DNA of 64,000 nt. Origin: Candidatus Latescibacterota bacterium. GTDB taxonomy: Bacteria; Latescibacterota; UBA2968; UBA8231. The notes below the pieces were generated by a model, which saw nothing but the letters and a program-made list of their open reading frames with translations, had not been told where the DNA came from and ran no database searches. The stretch covers positions 320,001 through 384,000 of the forward strand of contig CBDETK010000013.1 of assembly GCA_965242865.1 (NCBI GenBank). Reading direction: 5' to 3'. The translations under genes were made by a program, and so were the position numbers. Positions 9,889 to 18,885 of the stretch are shown piece by piece (the first letter of the stretch is position 1; each line of letters starts with the position of its first letter).

Positions 9889-10983
9889 TCAACGCTGGTC
9901 CGGCCGACCCAGCTTCGGCCCCAAGCGGATGGAATGGGTTTTGACGAGGCAGTAGATCGGGTCGCCGATACCGAGCTGCATTTCCTCAAGGGCTTCCGGG
10001 GTCGTCTTGGCGGCCAGCCGACACCCGACATCCACGTAGATGAGCTGTTTCCCCCCCACCTCGGCGATTGCGCGGATGGTTCCCTGCAACGCATTGCGGA
10101 TGCTCAACCCTTCGGGGCGCTGGCGAGCGAGGACGATGTCGTCGGCGCGGATGCCGATGAAGAGGCGGCTGCCTACGGGCTGATCAACGTAGGGAATTTT
10201 GAGCTGCTGGCCGTGGCACCGGACCTCGCAGACGCCCCGCTCAGCCTGGGTTGCCGCGATTTCCACGTCGAGGACGTTTTCAAAGCCGTGCTCTTCAACC
10301 AGCGGCAGGACTTGGGGATGGGCGGCGATGTCAAAAAAGTCGCCGTGCGCTACGACTTGGCCGCGGTTGAGGACGACGACTTGGCTGGTGAGTTCGAGGA
10401 TTTCGGCGACCGAGTGGCTGACGTAGAGAATGGGGATCTGGAGGGCGTCGCGCACGTGGCACAAGTAGGGGATGATGCGGTTTTTAAGGCCCTGATCGAG
10501 CGAGGCGAGCGGCTCGTCCATTAGCAGAAGGCGCGGGGAAGTGAGCAGGGCGCGGCCCAAGGCCACGCGCTGACGCTCGCCCCCGGACAGGTGCCTCGGC
10601 CGGCGCGTGAGCAGGGAACCGAGGCCGAGCAAATCGACGATCGGGTCCAAGGCCACGCGGCGTGCGGTCGCCGGCAGCAGATCGCGGCCGTAGCAGAGGT
10701 TTTCCTCGGTGCTCAGGTGCGGAAAGAGCAAGTCGTCTTGAAACACGTAGCCGATGCGGCGGCGCTCAGGCGGCAGATCAATGCGCTGGGCCGAGGAAAA
10801 GAGCGTTTGACCGTCCAAGGATATTTCGCCGTGGTCCGGCCGCACCAGCCCGGCGACCGCGTTGAGCAGCGAGGTTTTGCCCGCGCCCGACGGGCCGTAG
10901 ATGGCGGTGACGGCGTGGGGGCACTCAATATCCACGTCGAGCGCGAAGGGGCCTAGCGGGCGTTGGGCGCAAAGGCGCAGCAT
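9889..10983 (-). CDS. modC: Molybdate ABC transporter ATP-binding protein
   Basis: GPSGAGKT, LSGGERQRVALGRAL, C-terminal TOBE (SIRNAL). Confidence 0.93.
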   Translation of the reverse strand: MLRLCAQRPLGPFALDVDIECPHAVTAIYGPSGAGKTSLLNAVAGLVRPDHGEISLDGQTLFSSAQRIDLPPERRRIGYVFQDDLLFPHLSTEENLCYGRDLLPATARRVALDPIVDLLGLGSLLTRRPRHLSGGERQRVALGRALLTSPRLLLMDEPLASLDQGLKNRIIPYLCHVRDALQIPILYVSHSVAEILELTSQVVVLNRGQVVAHGDFFDIAAHPQVLPLVEEHGFENVLDVEIAATQAERGVCEVRCHGQQLKIPYVDQPVGSRLFIGIRADDIVLARQRPEGLSIRNALQGTIRAIAEVGGKQLIYVDVGCRLAAKTTPEALEEMQLGIGDPIYCLVKTHSIRLGPKLGRPDQR

Positions 10984-10985
10984 GG

Positions 10986-11660
10986 CTAACTCAAGCGCAA
11001 GCGACGGGCCGCCCACTCGCTGGCCACGAGCGCCAGCAGCGAAAGCGCGACCGAGAGCAACACGAGCCCGGCCGCCCGGCCCTCGCCATCCGGTTGGTTG
11101 AGGTACGAGTAAATGGCTAAAGGGAGGGTGCGCGTCTGCCCGGCGATATTGGCCGCAAAAACCATGGTCGCACCAAACTCGCCCAACGAGCGGGCAAAGC
11201 TCAACAGCGAGCCGACCAGCAGGCTAGGGGCCGCGAGGCGCAAGGTCACGGTCAGAAAGGCGCGCACCGGGCCTGCTCCGAGGGTGCGGGCGACGCGCTC
11301 TAGGCGCGGCTCTACGCTCTCAATCCCGAGGCGGACGGAGCGCAGCATCAGGGGAAAGCCCACCACGGCCGAGGCCAGCACCGCGCCCTTCCAATCAAAG
11401 GCCAACTGGAGGTCAAGGGCGGCGAGCACCGGGCCAAAGAGGCCGCCGCGGCCAAACAGCAATAGGAGCAAGTAGCCGGTGACCACCGGCGGCAAGACCA
11501 GCGGCAAGTGACAGAGGCCATCGAGCGCGATCTTGAGCGGAAACTCCCGCCGGGCCAGCAGCCAGCCCAGCAACACGGCCGGCACCAAACTCAGCAACAC
11601 GCAGCAAAAGGCCACGCGCAACGAGAGCAAGAGGACTTGCACTTCCTCAGTGCTGAACAC
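10986..11660 (-). CDS. modB: Molybdate ABC transporter permease
   Basis: LPLVLPPVVTGY, FARSLGEFGAT, TRTLPLAIY. Confidence 0.93.
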   Translation of the reverse strand: MFSTEEVQVLLLSLRVAFCCVLLSLVPAVLLGWLLARREFPLKIALDGLCHLPLVLPPVVTGYLLLLLFGRGGLFGPVLAALDLQLAFDWKGAVLASAVVGFPLMLRSVRLGIESVEPRLERVARTLGAGPVRAFLTVTLRLAAPSLLVGSLLSFARSLGEFGATMVFAANIAGQTRTLPLAIYSYLNQPDGEGRAAGLVLLSVALSLLALVASEWAARRLRLS

Positions 11661-12390
11661 GTGGGTCGCCCAAAAAGGTAAAGCCGTGTTTGCGGAAGAT
11701 GTCGGCGGCCAGTGCTGAGCCGAAAAAAGCCAGCAGGCGGCGGACCTGGGCGTTGGCGCGGCCCTTGACGATGGCCGCTGGATAGACGATGGGGCGGTGC
11801 AGTGAGTCCGGCACCGTGGCCAGCGTTATGGCGCGGTCGCTTTGGGCCGCATCGGTGGCGTACACCCAGCCCGCGGCGCACTCTCCGCGCTCGACGTACA
11901 CCAAGGCGGCGCGGACGTCGGGCGCGGGGGCGATGCGGTTTTTGAGTGCCGGCCACCAGCCCAAGGTCGCTAGAGCTTGGCGGGCGTACTGACCAGCCGG
12001 CACGTGGTCCGGGTCGCCGAGGGCCAAGCGGCCAGCAAAAGCACCGGCAAAGTCAAAATCCTTGGCCCAGCGCACGGCAAAAGGCCCTCCCTTTGGTGCA
12101 ATGACCACGAGGGCGTTGCCGAGGAGATCGACGCGGGAGTCTTGCTCGAGGTGCTGGTGCGCTTGGAGATAGTCCATCCACTCGGCATTGGCGGAAAAGT
12201 AAATGTCGGCCGGCGCCCCGGCGGCAATTTGTTTGGCCAAGGTCGAAGAGCTGGCAATGGACAGGCGCATCCCTTCGCGGTGGCTGGACAGTTCCGCGAG
12301 GGCGGCGCTCAAGCTGGCCGCGGCAAACACGCTTTGGGCCGCGGCCAGCGCGGGGCAGAGCAAGAAGAGTAAGATGCTAAGGGTGGGCAT
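11647..12390 (-). CDS. modA: Molybdate ABC transporter substrate-binding protein
   Basis: Signal peptide, VFAAASL, SSSTLAKQI..GAPADIYFSA, VPAGQY, VYATDA; start taken at MPTL. Confidence 0.9.
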   Translation of the reverse strand: MPTLSILLFLLCPALAAAQSVFAAASLSAALAELSSHREGMRLSIASSSTLAKQIAAGAPADIYFSANAEWMDYLQAHQHLEQDSRVDLLGNALVVIAPKGGPFAVRWAKDFDFAGAFAGRLALGDPDHVPAGQYARQALATLGWWPALKNRIAPAPDVRAALVYVERGECAAGWVYATDAAQSDRAITLATVPDSLHRPIVYPAAIVKGRANAQVRRLLAFFGSALAADIFRKHGFTFLGDPRVQH

Positions 12391-14743
12391 GACGCCAAAA
12401 CTCGGCCAGCGACTGGGCGATATGGGCTGGGGTGCGGACAGCATGCACGGGGTGCCAAGCCGGGGGAAAGAGCTGGCGATAGCGGCTCTGACCAAAGCGG
12501 CGATCGACGAGGAGGATCGCGCCGCGGTCGCTCGCGGTGCGGATGACGCGACCGGCCGCCTGCAACACGCGGTTCATGCCCGGATAAACGTAGGCATAAG
12601 CAAAGCCAGAAATCTCGCGCTCGTCGAAATAGTCGCGGATCAGGTCGCGTTCCAAGCACAGTTGCGGCAGCCCAACGCCGACGACCACCGCCCCGACCAG
12701 CCGCTCGCCGACTAAGTCAATTCCCTCGCCAAAGACGCCGCCCATCACCGCGAACCCCACCGTGTACTGCGCGGGCTGCAATAGGTCCGCGTCAAAGGCG
12801 GCGAGGAACGCCTCGCGCTGGCGGTCGGACATGCCGCTTTTTTGCACGAGGAGGTCGATGTTCGGGTGCGCCTCGGCAAAGCGCGTCGCCACTTCCTCCA
12901 TGTACTTGTACGAAGGGAAAAAGGCGAGATAGTTGCCGGCGCGCTGGCTGACGAGCGCGGCGATGGACTCGGCGATAGCGTCGTAGCTCTCCCCGCGCTT
13001 TTTATACGTCGTCTCAATGCGGTCGGCCAGCAGCAGGCGCAGGTGTTCGGGCGGGAAGGGCGAACCCAAGCTCAACAAGGTATCCCCCTCCTCGCCGCCG
13101 AGCAGGTCGCGGAAGTACGCCAGCGGCGAGAGCGTGGCCGAGAAGAACACGGCCGCGCAGCCGCGTTCTAGGGCTTGGCGGATGTTGTGCGCGGGGTCGA
13201 GACAGAAGAGCCGGAAGCGAATGTCCTGCCCCTGTTTTTCGGTGTACGTGGTGTAATGCTCGTCGAACAACTCGCCGATGCGTTCAAAGCCGAGTGCCCG
13301 GAAGTAGCACTCAACCAACTCGTCCCAAAAGGGCAGGGCCGCGCCTTGCTCTAGGACCTTTTCGGCCGCGCGGAGGACCTTGTGGACTAGCGCCAGCAGG
13401 GCCGTCGGCAATTGCGGACTAACCCAGTTCTCGCCGCCTTCCTGCTCGACCGTCTTGCCGAGCTGGGCAAAGTAGCGGTTGAGGGCATTGAGCGTCTTGC
13501 CCAAGTCGGGATGCGTCTTGCCGACTAAGCGCTTGAGGCCAGCGATCTCGGACTGGCACAAATCGGCCGAGAACATTTCGCGCGCCCGATCGACGAGGTT
13601 GTGCGCCTCGTCAATCAAGAAGGCGTATTGCCCGCCGGCGTCTTGGAAGAAGCGCTTGAGGAAGGCTCGCGGGTCGAAGACGTAGTTGTAATCGCAGATG
13701 ATGACGTCGCACCACGGCGCGAGGTCGAGCGAAAACTCAAAGGGGCAGACGCGGTGCTTTTGCGCGCATTCCTCAATGAGCGTGCGGGTAAAGGCGTCGT
13801 GGGTAAAGATGTCTTCAAGCGCGTCGTTGATGCGGTCGTAGTAGCCGCGGGCGAACTCGCATTGCTCGGGGTCGCAGGTGCTGCCGCCGTTGGGTTTGAA
13901 GCAAATTTTGTCGCGGGCCGTCAGCGTCAGGCTCTTGAGGTGTGCGTCTCCCCCGCGCAGGTCGTCAATGGCTTTTTCAGCAACCCGGCGGCCGCTGGTC
14001 TTGGCCGTCAGGTAGAAGATCTTTTCGGCATGGCCCAAGCCGAGGGCCTTGGCCGCTGGAAACAGGGTCGAAATGGTCTTGCCGATGCCGGTGGGTGCTT
14101 GGGCAAAGGCCCGCCCGCGACCGTCAATGGTGCGATAGGTGGCTGCGGCTAGATCGCGCTGGCCGGGTCGGTACTCGGCGAAGGGAAATTTGAGGGCCGC
14201 AAGCGAACGATCGCGCTCGGCACACCACTGGTGGTAGCGCCGCGCCCAATGCAGGTAGCGCTCGATGAGCTCGGCGCAAAACGCCGCGAGCTCGGCGCAC
14301 GCAAAGGTGCGGCGGTCCTCGCGGCGCTCATCGGTATCCAACTGGAGGTACGTTAGCTGGACGTCGATGGCGTCGAGGCCGCTTTGCTCGGCCACCATAA
14401 AGGCGTAGAGTTTGGCCTGGGCCCAATGCGCCAAGTTTTCGGCGATCGCGTCGAGGTCGGCCTCGGTGGTTTTAATTTCCTCGACGAGCACGACGTCGCC
14501 TTCGACGAGCAGGCCATCGATGCGGCCGCTTATTTCGAGGGCAATTTCCTCGGTCTCAACTAGATAGGAGATGGGCACTTCCGCCTGATAGTCGGCGGGG
14601 CGGGCGCGCTGAATTTTCTGGTGGCCGCGGGTGCCTTCCACTAAGCGGTCGGGGCGGGAAAAGCCGCCGGAGACTAGATCGCCGGAGCGCAGCACGAAGC
14701 CGACCAGTTCGCGCACCGAGGTTTTGAGCAGGCGCGGGGGCAT
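12377..14743 (-). CDS. DinG/XPD-family Fe-S DNA helicase with N-terminal PD-(D/E)XK nuclease domain
   Basis: GRIDG..EEIKT..AQAKLY nuclease motif; QAPTGIGKT, four Fe-S Cys, DEAHNL, SATL, QAAGRVIR. Confidence 0.88.
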   Translation of the reverse strand: MPPRLLKTSVRELVGFVLRSGDLVSGGFSRPDRLVEGTRGHQKIQRARPADYQAEVPISYLVETEEIALEISGRIDGLLVEGDVVLVEEIKTTEADLDAIAENLAHWAQAKLYAFMVAEQSGLDAIDVQLTYLQLDTDERREDRRTFACAELAAFCAELIERYLHWARRYHQWCAERDRSLAALKFPFAEYRPGQRDLAAATYRTIDGRGRAFAQAPTGIGKTISTLFPAAKALGLGHAEKIFYLTAKTSGRRVAEKAIDDLRGGDAHLKSLTLTARDKICFKPNGGSTCDPEQCEFARGYYDRINDALEDIFTHDAFTRTLIEECAQKHRVCPFEFSLDLAPWCDVIICDYNYVFDPRAFLKRFFQDAGGQYAFLIDEAHNLVDRAREMFSADLCQSEIAGLKRLVGKTHPDLGKTLNALNRYFAQLGKTVEQEGGENWVSPQLPTALLALVHKVLRAAEKVLEQGAALPFWDELVECYFRALGFERIGELFDEHYTTYTEKQGQDIRFRLFCLDPAHNIRQALERGCAAVFFSATLSPLAYFRDLLGGEEGDTLLSLGSPFPPEHLRLLLADRIETTYKKRGESYDAIAESIAALVSQRAGNYLAFFPSYKYMEEVATRFAEAHPNIDLLVQKSGMSDRQREAFLAAFDADLLQPAQYTVGFAVMGGVFGEGIDLVGERLVGAVVVGVGLPQLCLERDLIRDYFDEREISGFAYAYVYPGMNRVLQAAGRVIRTASDRGAILLVDRRFGQSRYRQLFPPAWHPVHAVRTPAHIAQSLAEFWRHAHP

Positions 14744-14796
14744 GATGTATAATATAGGGTGCTATCCGGCACTTGCATTTTCAACAGGAGACGACA

Positions 14797-15669
14797 ATGA
14801 GTCAATCCGCAGTCTTGGGCGTCATCGGCGGGTCGGGGCTGTACCACCTAGAAGGGATCGAAACCGTGGCCGAGCACCGGCTAGACACGCCCTTTGGCCC
14901 CCCCTCGGACGCCATCGTCGAGGCGCGAATCAACGACCGGCCGGTGCATTTTCTGCCGCGCCATGGCCGGGGGCATCGGCTGCTGCCAACCGAAGTGCCC
15001 GCGTGCGCCAATATCCACGCGCTCAAGCAACTAGGGGTGAATCGCGTTTTGGCCATAAGTGCCTGCGGCATCATGCAGGAGCACATCCGGCCCGGGGACC
15101 TGATCGTGCCCGACCAGCTATTCGACCGCACCCGCGGACGCCGCCCATCGACGTTTTTTGGCGACGGGATCGTCGGACACGTGCTGTTTGCCGACCCGTT
15201 CTGTGCAGGCCTGCGGGGCGAGGTCGTCGCGGCGGCTCAGGCGGCCGGAGCCAATGTCCACGAGGGCGGCACGTACCTCTGCATGGAGGGGCCGGCCTTT
15301 TCCACCCGCGCGGAGTCGCATTTCTACCGCAACGCCGTGGGCGCGGCCGTGATCGGCATGACCGCGCTGCCCGAGGCCAAGCTAGCGCGCGAGGCAGAAA
15401 TGTGTTACGCGCTGCTGGCGACGGGCACGGACTACGACTGCTGGCACGCGGAGGAAGAAGACGTGACCGTCGAGCAAGTGCTCGCGGTGCTGCGGGCCAA
15501 CAGCACCTTGGCCAAGCAAATTGTCGCCGAGGTCGCCACGCGCCTGCCGCCCGAAGCCGCTTGCCCTTGCTGGCGCGCGGCCGAAAGCGCCATCGTCACC
15601 GATCCAGCGGCGATTCCTCCCGCGGCAAAGGAGCGGCTCTGGGTGTTCTACGGGAAGTACTGGGACTAA
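14797..15669 (+). CDS. mtnP: S-methyl-5'-thioadenosine phosphorylase
   Basis: GVIGGSGLY, FLPRHG, EGPAFSTRAES, GMT..PEAKLAREAE, TDYDCW. Confidence 0.92.
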   Translation: MSQSAVLGVIGGSGLYHLEGIETVAEHRLDTPFGPPSDAIVEARINDRPVHFLPRHGRGHRLLPTEVPACANIHALKQLGVNRVLAISACGIMQEHIRPGDLIVPDQLFDRTRGRRPSTFFGDGIVGHVLFADPFCAGLRGEVVAAAQAAGANVHEGGTYLCMEGPAFSTRAESHFYRNAVGAAVIGMTALPEAKLAREAEMCYALLATGTDYDCWHAEEEDVTVEQVLAVLRANSTLAKQIVAEVATRLPPEAACPCWRAAESAIVTDPAAIPPAAKERLWVFYGKYWD

Positions 15670-15831
15670 GCGGGCGAACCGCATGACCGCGGAGATTTGC
15701 CGATGGCGAAATGTTTTAGATTGCCATAGCTTTTGCGGGAAATTGTCCATGTCCACTATCTATTGTTCCACTGCCGCGGCGTCACCAAGTAACTGCGGCG
15801 GCTGGACGAGACCTAACCATAGGAGGTCGTT

Positions 15832-16284
15832 ATGGCACTAGCCTACGCCTTGGGGTTTTTTCTGCTAGATTTTTTTCTGCTTTTTCTCTTTCTTTTTTTA
15901 GGCCCGTATCTTGGGTGGAAAATAGAGATACCAGACTATTTCCCCCTGTTTCCCGTCTTATTTTTCGCCCTAGCTTCCGCCCTGTATTTCGGCTGGAGCG
16001 AAGAAAAGAAGCGCGAACGGCTGGAACAGCTAGCCGAGCGACTGCGCCGGCTCTACAAGCGCACCGGTCAGCCGGCTCTGCGGGTGCGCCGTCCTAGGCG
16101 ACTCCACTTTGAGACGAATCAGGCTCTTCGAGAGTTGGAAAAGAGCCTCAAAGCCTTGGAGCGTCACTACCAAATCCGAGACCGTCGGCTGCGCCAGTCC
16201 CGGATGTTCATCGACAACCCCAAGCCCGTCCTCGACGACATGAATCAACGCATCTCGCGGCTGGAAGAGGTTGCCATCAAGTAG
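15832..16284 (+). CDS. Hypothetical membrane protein (2 TM + coiled coil)
   Basis: AGGAGG RBS, hydrophobic N-terminus, charged helical tail. Confidence 0.65.
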   Translation: MALAYALGFFLLDFFLLFLFLFLGPYLGWKIEIPDYFPLFPVLFFALASALYFGWSEEKKRERLEQLAERLRRLYKRTGQPALRVRRPRRLHFETNQALRELEKSLKALERHYQIRDRRLRQSRMFIDNPKPVLDDMNQRISRLEEVAIK

Positions 16285-16386
16285 AGGAGCCGGGCTCGCT
16301 CCGTTGTCGGTCAAAGGGTCGCCGGTATGCGAAAAGTGTATATGTTGTCGTCAAATTGTTGTGAAAAATGACGACAGCCTAGTCAA

Positions 16387-17014
16387 ATGACGATTCCACC
16401 CGGGATTCGCTCGCTTTCTGCCCGTTGCAGCCCTCTTTCACGGTCAGACCCTGAACGTGATTAACATCGCCCGAGACGCTCAGGTTGCCCGCACGACGGT
16501 GACGGGTTATCTGGACATCCTAGAGGACACGCTCCTCTGCTTTCGACTTCCTGCCTATGAGACCCGGTTGCGCGTCCGCGAACGCAAATTGCCCAAATGG
16601 TATTGGTGTGACCCTGGTATTGTACGAGCCATGAAAAAGGTCACGACGACGCCAACTCCAGAAGAGCGCGGTGCCCTGTTTGAGGGGCTGATTGCACAGT
16701 TGATTCGGTCGTACAAAGACTATCGCAACTTGTGCGACGAATGCTTTTATTGGGCCACCGTTGCCCAGACCCAAACCGAGGTCGATTTCCTGCTCAAACG
16801 CGCCGGAGAGTTTGTCGCCATTGAGGTCAAGTCCGGCGGCACATTTGCCGAATCTTGGTGCAAAGGACTGAGAGTGCTGGCCGACTTAGAGGGTCTGTGC
16901 CGACGCATTGTCGTCTATCCCGAAGGGCCTGAATTGCAAACGGTAGATGGCATTGAGATCCTTCCATTTTCGCAATTTTCCAACCTGTTGGCCGCCGATG
17001 CACTGTGGCCATAA
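16387..17014 (+). pseudogene. AAA_14/DUF4143 ATPase remnant lacking the ATPase domain
   Basis: In-frame PGFARFLPVAALFHGQTLNV...KWYWCDPG...EVDF...AIEVKS (DUF4143 + PD-(D/E)XK); no Walker A; an out-of-frame ATG at 16387 directly precedes it. Confidence 0.7.
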
Positions 17015-17132
17015 GTGCCTTCGCGAAGTAGGAACCAGTGTCTGCAACGGGCGGCTGTTGCACGTGGTAAAGGAGCGTTGAAGAGGTCTGCGCTAGCGGA
17101 CTAAGAGCCAAGACGATAAGGCGAGCTTCTCT

Positions 17133-17678
17133 ATGATCACGGAAATCAACCAAGCATCCCTTGCGCTGGTGCGAGGGGATATTACAAGAGAACGCGTCGA
17201 TGCGATTGCCAATGCTGCTAACGAGCGGCTCATCGGCGGTGGGGGCGTTGATGGCGCCATTCACCGTGCTGGAGGACCGGCCATCGCGGCCGAATGCAGC
17301 GCAATCCGCGCCAAGCAGGGCGGTTGTCCCCCCGGTCGAGCCGTAATTACGACGGGGGGCAATCTTGCCGCGAAGTACGTCATCCACACCGTGGGGCCGA
17401 TCTGGAGGGGTGGAACCGCCGGTGAACCCGAACTTCTCGCTAGCTGTTATCGAGAAAGTTTAGGACTCGCACTGGAGCACCGCGTCAAGACGATTGCCTT
17501 CCCGTCCATCAGCACTGGCGTGTACGGTTATCCGGTCGCGCAAGCGGCGGTCATCGCGCTCAATGCGGTAAAGCAATTCCTCGTAGAGCACAAAGGTCTC
17601 GCTGAAGTGCGCTTCGTCCTCTTCGACGATGCGACGTACGGTGCTTATGAGAATGCCCTTGCGGACATGCGAGTATAA
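17133..17678 (+). CDS. Macro domain O-acetyl-ADP-ribose deacetylase (YmdB-like)
   Basis: GDIT, NAAN..L.GGGGVDGAIHRAGG, VIHTVGP, AFPSISTGVYGYP. Confidence 0.93.
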   Translation: MITEINQASLALVRGDITRERVDAIANAANERLIGGGGVDGAIHRAGGPAIAAECSAIRAKQGGCPPGRAVITTGGNLAAKYVIHTVGPIWRGGTAGEPELLASCYRESLGLALEHRVKTIAFPSISTGVYGYPVAQAAVIALNAVKQFLVEHKGLAEVRFVLFDDATYGAYENALADMRV

Positions 17679-17762
17679 CGCATGTATGACTGACCGCCTC
17701 GGGAGGGTGTTTTGAAGGTAAAGGAGAGCTGCTCGTCGCCGATGCCAAAGATTCTCTCGGGC

Positions 17763-18653
17763 TTACTGAGTGCGAGAAGTGCAGATGTGGCAGTTGCAAC
17801 TGGAATCAGTGAAGTGACGGACTCCCACCACCGCACCGTCCTTGCGGTCAGCTCGATCAAACACCAATTGGAACAAGTCGTCCTCTTGATTCTCTAAGTA
17901 GCGACGAATCGCATACGAACATACGTCAGCGAGTTGCACCATACTCGTGAGTTGGCTATCGACAAACAGAGGAGTCTCGATGATGTTCTCTACGGCAGTC
18001 CAGCGCGTCCCCCTATGATGGAATCCACGCATAAGATCAGTATGGCGTTTGGCCACCGTCTGGTTATTGTCGTGTATCAACAATCCATAGTTCTTTTGAC
18101 TTGTTCCTGTGACTTGTAAGTACTGTTCAAACCGTGAGACGACCTGATCGAAAGCCATTTCTCCAATATTGTATGGAGTATGCTTCCGTGGATCGAAATG
18201 AACCTTGTCAACACCTTCGGCGAACAGTCGCGCAAAGCCCCACTGGGATAGCGTCTTAGCCGCCTCGGAGATGAACATTCTTCGCTCATCCTCGGTTAGG
18301 TGTATGTATGGCGCAGTTTTGCTGTAGTTCTTTTTTGCCTGACGATACTGCGTCTTCGATGTTCGCTGTAGGCGCAGTAGTTCCGCATTGCGAAACTTTT
18401 CAACCTCGGCTCGCCGGTCGTCGTGCCTCAGTCTCGCGAAGTCTTTTATCTTGGTTTGCTCCAGATACCGGCGGAGCATCCACGCACAGTGAATCTCTTC
18501 ATCATCGAGGAAGTGCTTCCGTTTCAGTTCCGCTATTTCCCTGTCGCATGTCTTCCAGTGCCAGACAGGAATCGACAGACCGACTAGAATGAAGTGAGAG
18601 GTGTTTCCCGGAAGGTCTGGTGTGCCGGACTCATCCATGTAGCACAGATACAT
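17763..18653 (-). CDS. DUF3800 domain protein (RNase H-like fold)
   Basis: N-terminal YMDESG and C-terminal DS...VQLADVCSY; lower GC than flanks. Confidence 0.85.
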   Translation of the reverse strand: MYLCYMDESGTPDLPGNTSHFILVGLSIPVWHWKTCDREIAELKRKHFLDDEEIHCAWMLRRYLEQTKIKDFARLRHDDRRAEVEKFRNAELLRLQRTSKTQYRQAKKNYSKTAPYIHLTEDERRMFISEAAKTLSQWGFARLFAEGVDKVHFDPRKHTPYNIGEMAFDQVVSRFEQYLQVTGTSQKNYGLLIHDNNQTVAKRHTDLMRGFHHRGTRWTAVENIIETPLFVDSQLTSMVQLADVCSYAIRRYLENQEDDLFQLVFDRADRKDGAVVGVRHFTDSSCNCHICTSRTQ

Positions 18654-18691
18654 ATCATTCGTTTATAAGCAATTAGGCCCACACAGTACAT

Positions 18692-18762
18692 AAAAAAGCG
18701 TCTAGGATTCAGGCTTAAAGCCCAAAGACGAGACGCTTGGCGACTCATCCCAGACGCTTATA
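18692..18762 (-). ncRNA. Candidate structured small RNA upstream of DUF3800 gene, ending in a U tract
   Basis: 13-bp closing stem AAGCGTCTGGGAT/ATCCTAGACGCTT encloses two hairpins (GAG.CGC-CAA-GCG.CTC and GGGCT-TTA-AGCCT), followed by a T tract. Confidence 0.6.
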
Positions 18763-18763
18763 C

Positions 18764-18792
18764 AAATTACCCTTATTATTAGGAAAAGTCAA
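18764..18792 (-). promoter_or_regulatory. sigma70-type promoter for the small RNA/DUF3800 cassette
   Basis: TTGACT-N17-TAATTT a few nt before the RNA stem. Confidence 0.55.
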
Positions 18793-18885
18793 CGACAATC
18801 CCGCGTGCAATACGATGCCGAGCAGCATGGCCGCGGTGCGCAGGGCGTCGAGGTTATAGCGACGAGGATATGAGCCTCTATTCAC
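18793..18885 (-). pseudogene. 5' remnant of an acyltransferase-3 (OpgC/MdoC-like) gene
   Basis: GTG overlapping the upstream TGA gives MNRGSYPRRYNLDALRTAAMLLGIVLHAGLS, then runs into the AT-rich cassette and stops. Confidence 0.6.

Noticed and set aside
12377-14743. DinG + Cas4-like nuclease as type IV CRISPR
   Set aside because: Common stand-alone repair helicase architecture in a housekeeping context; no array or csf genes
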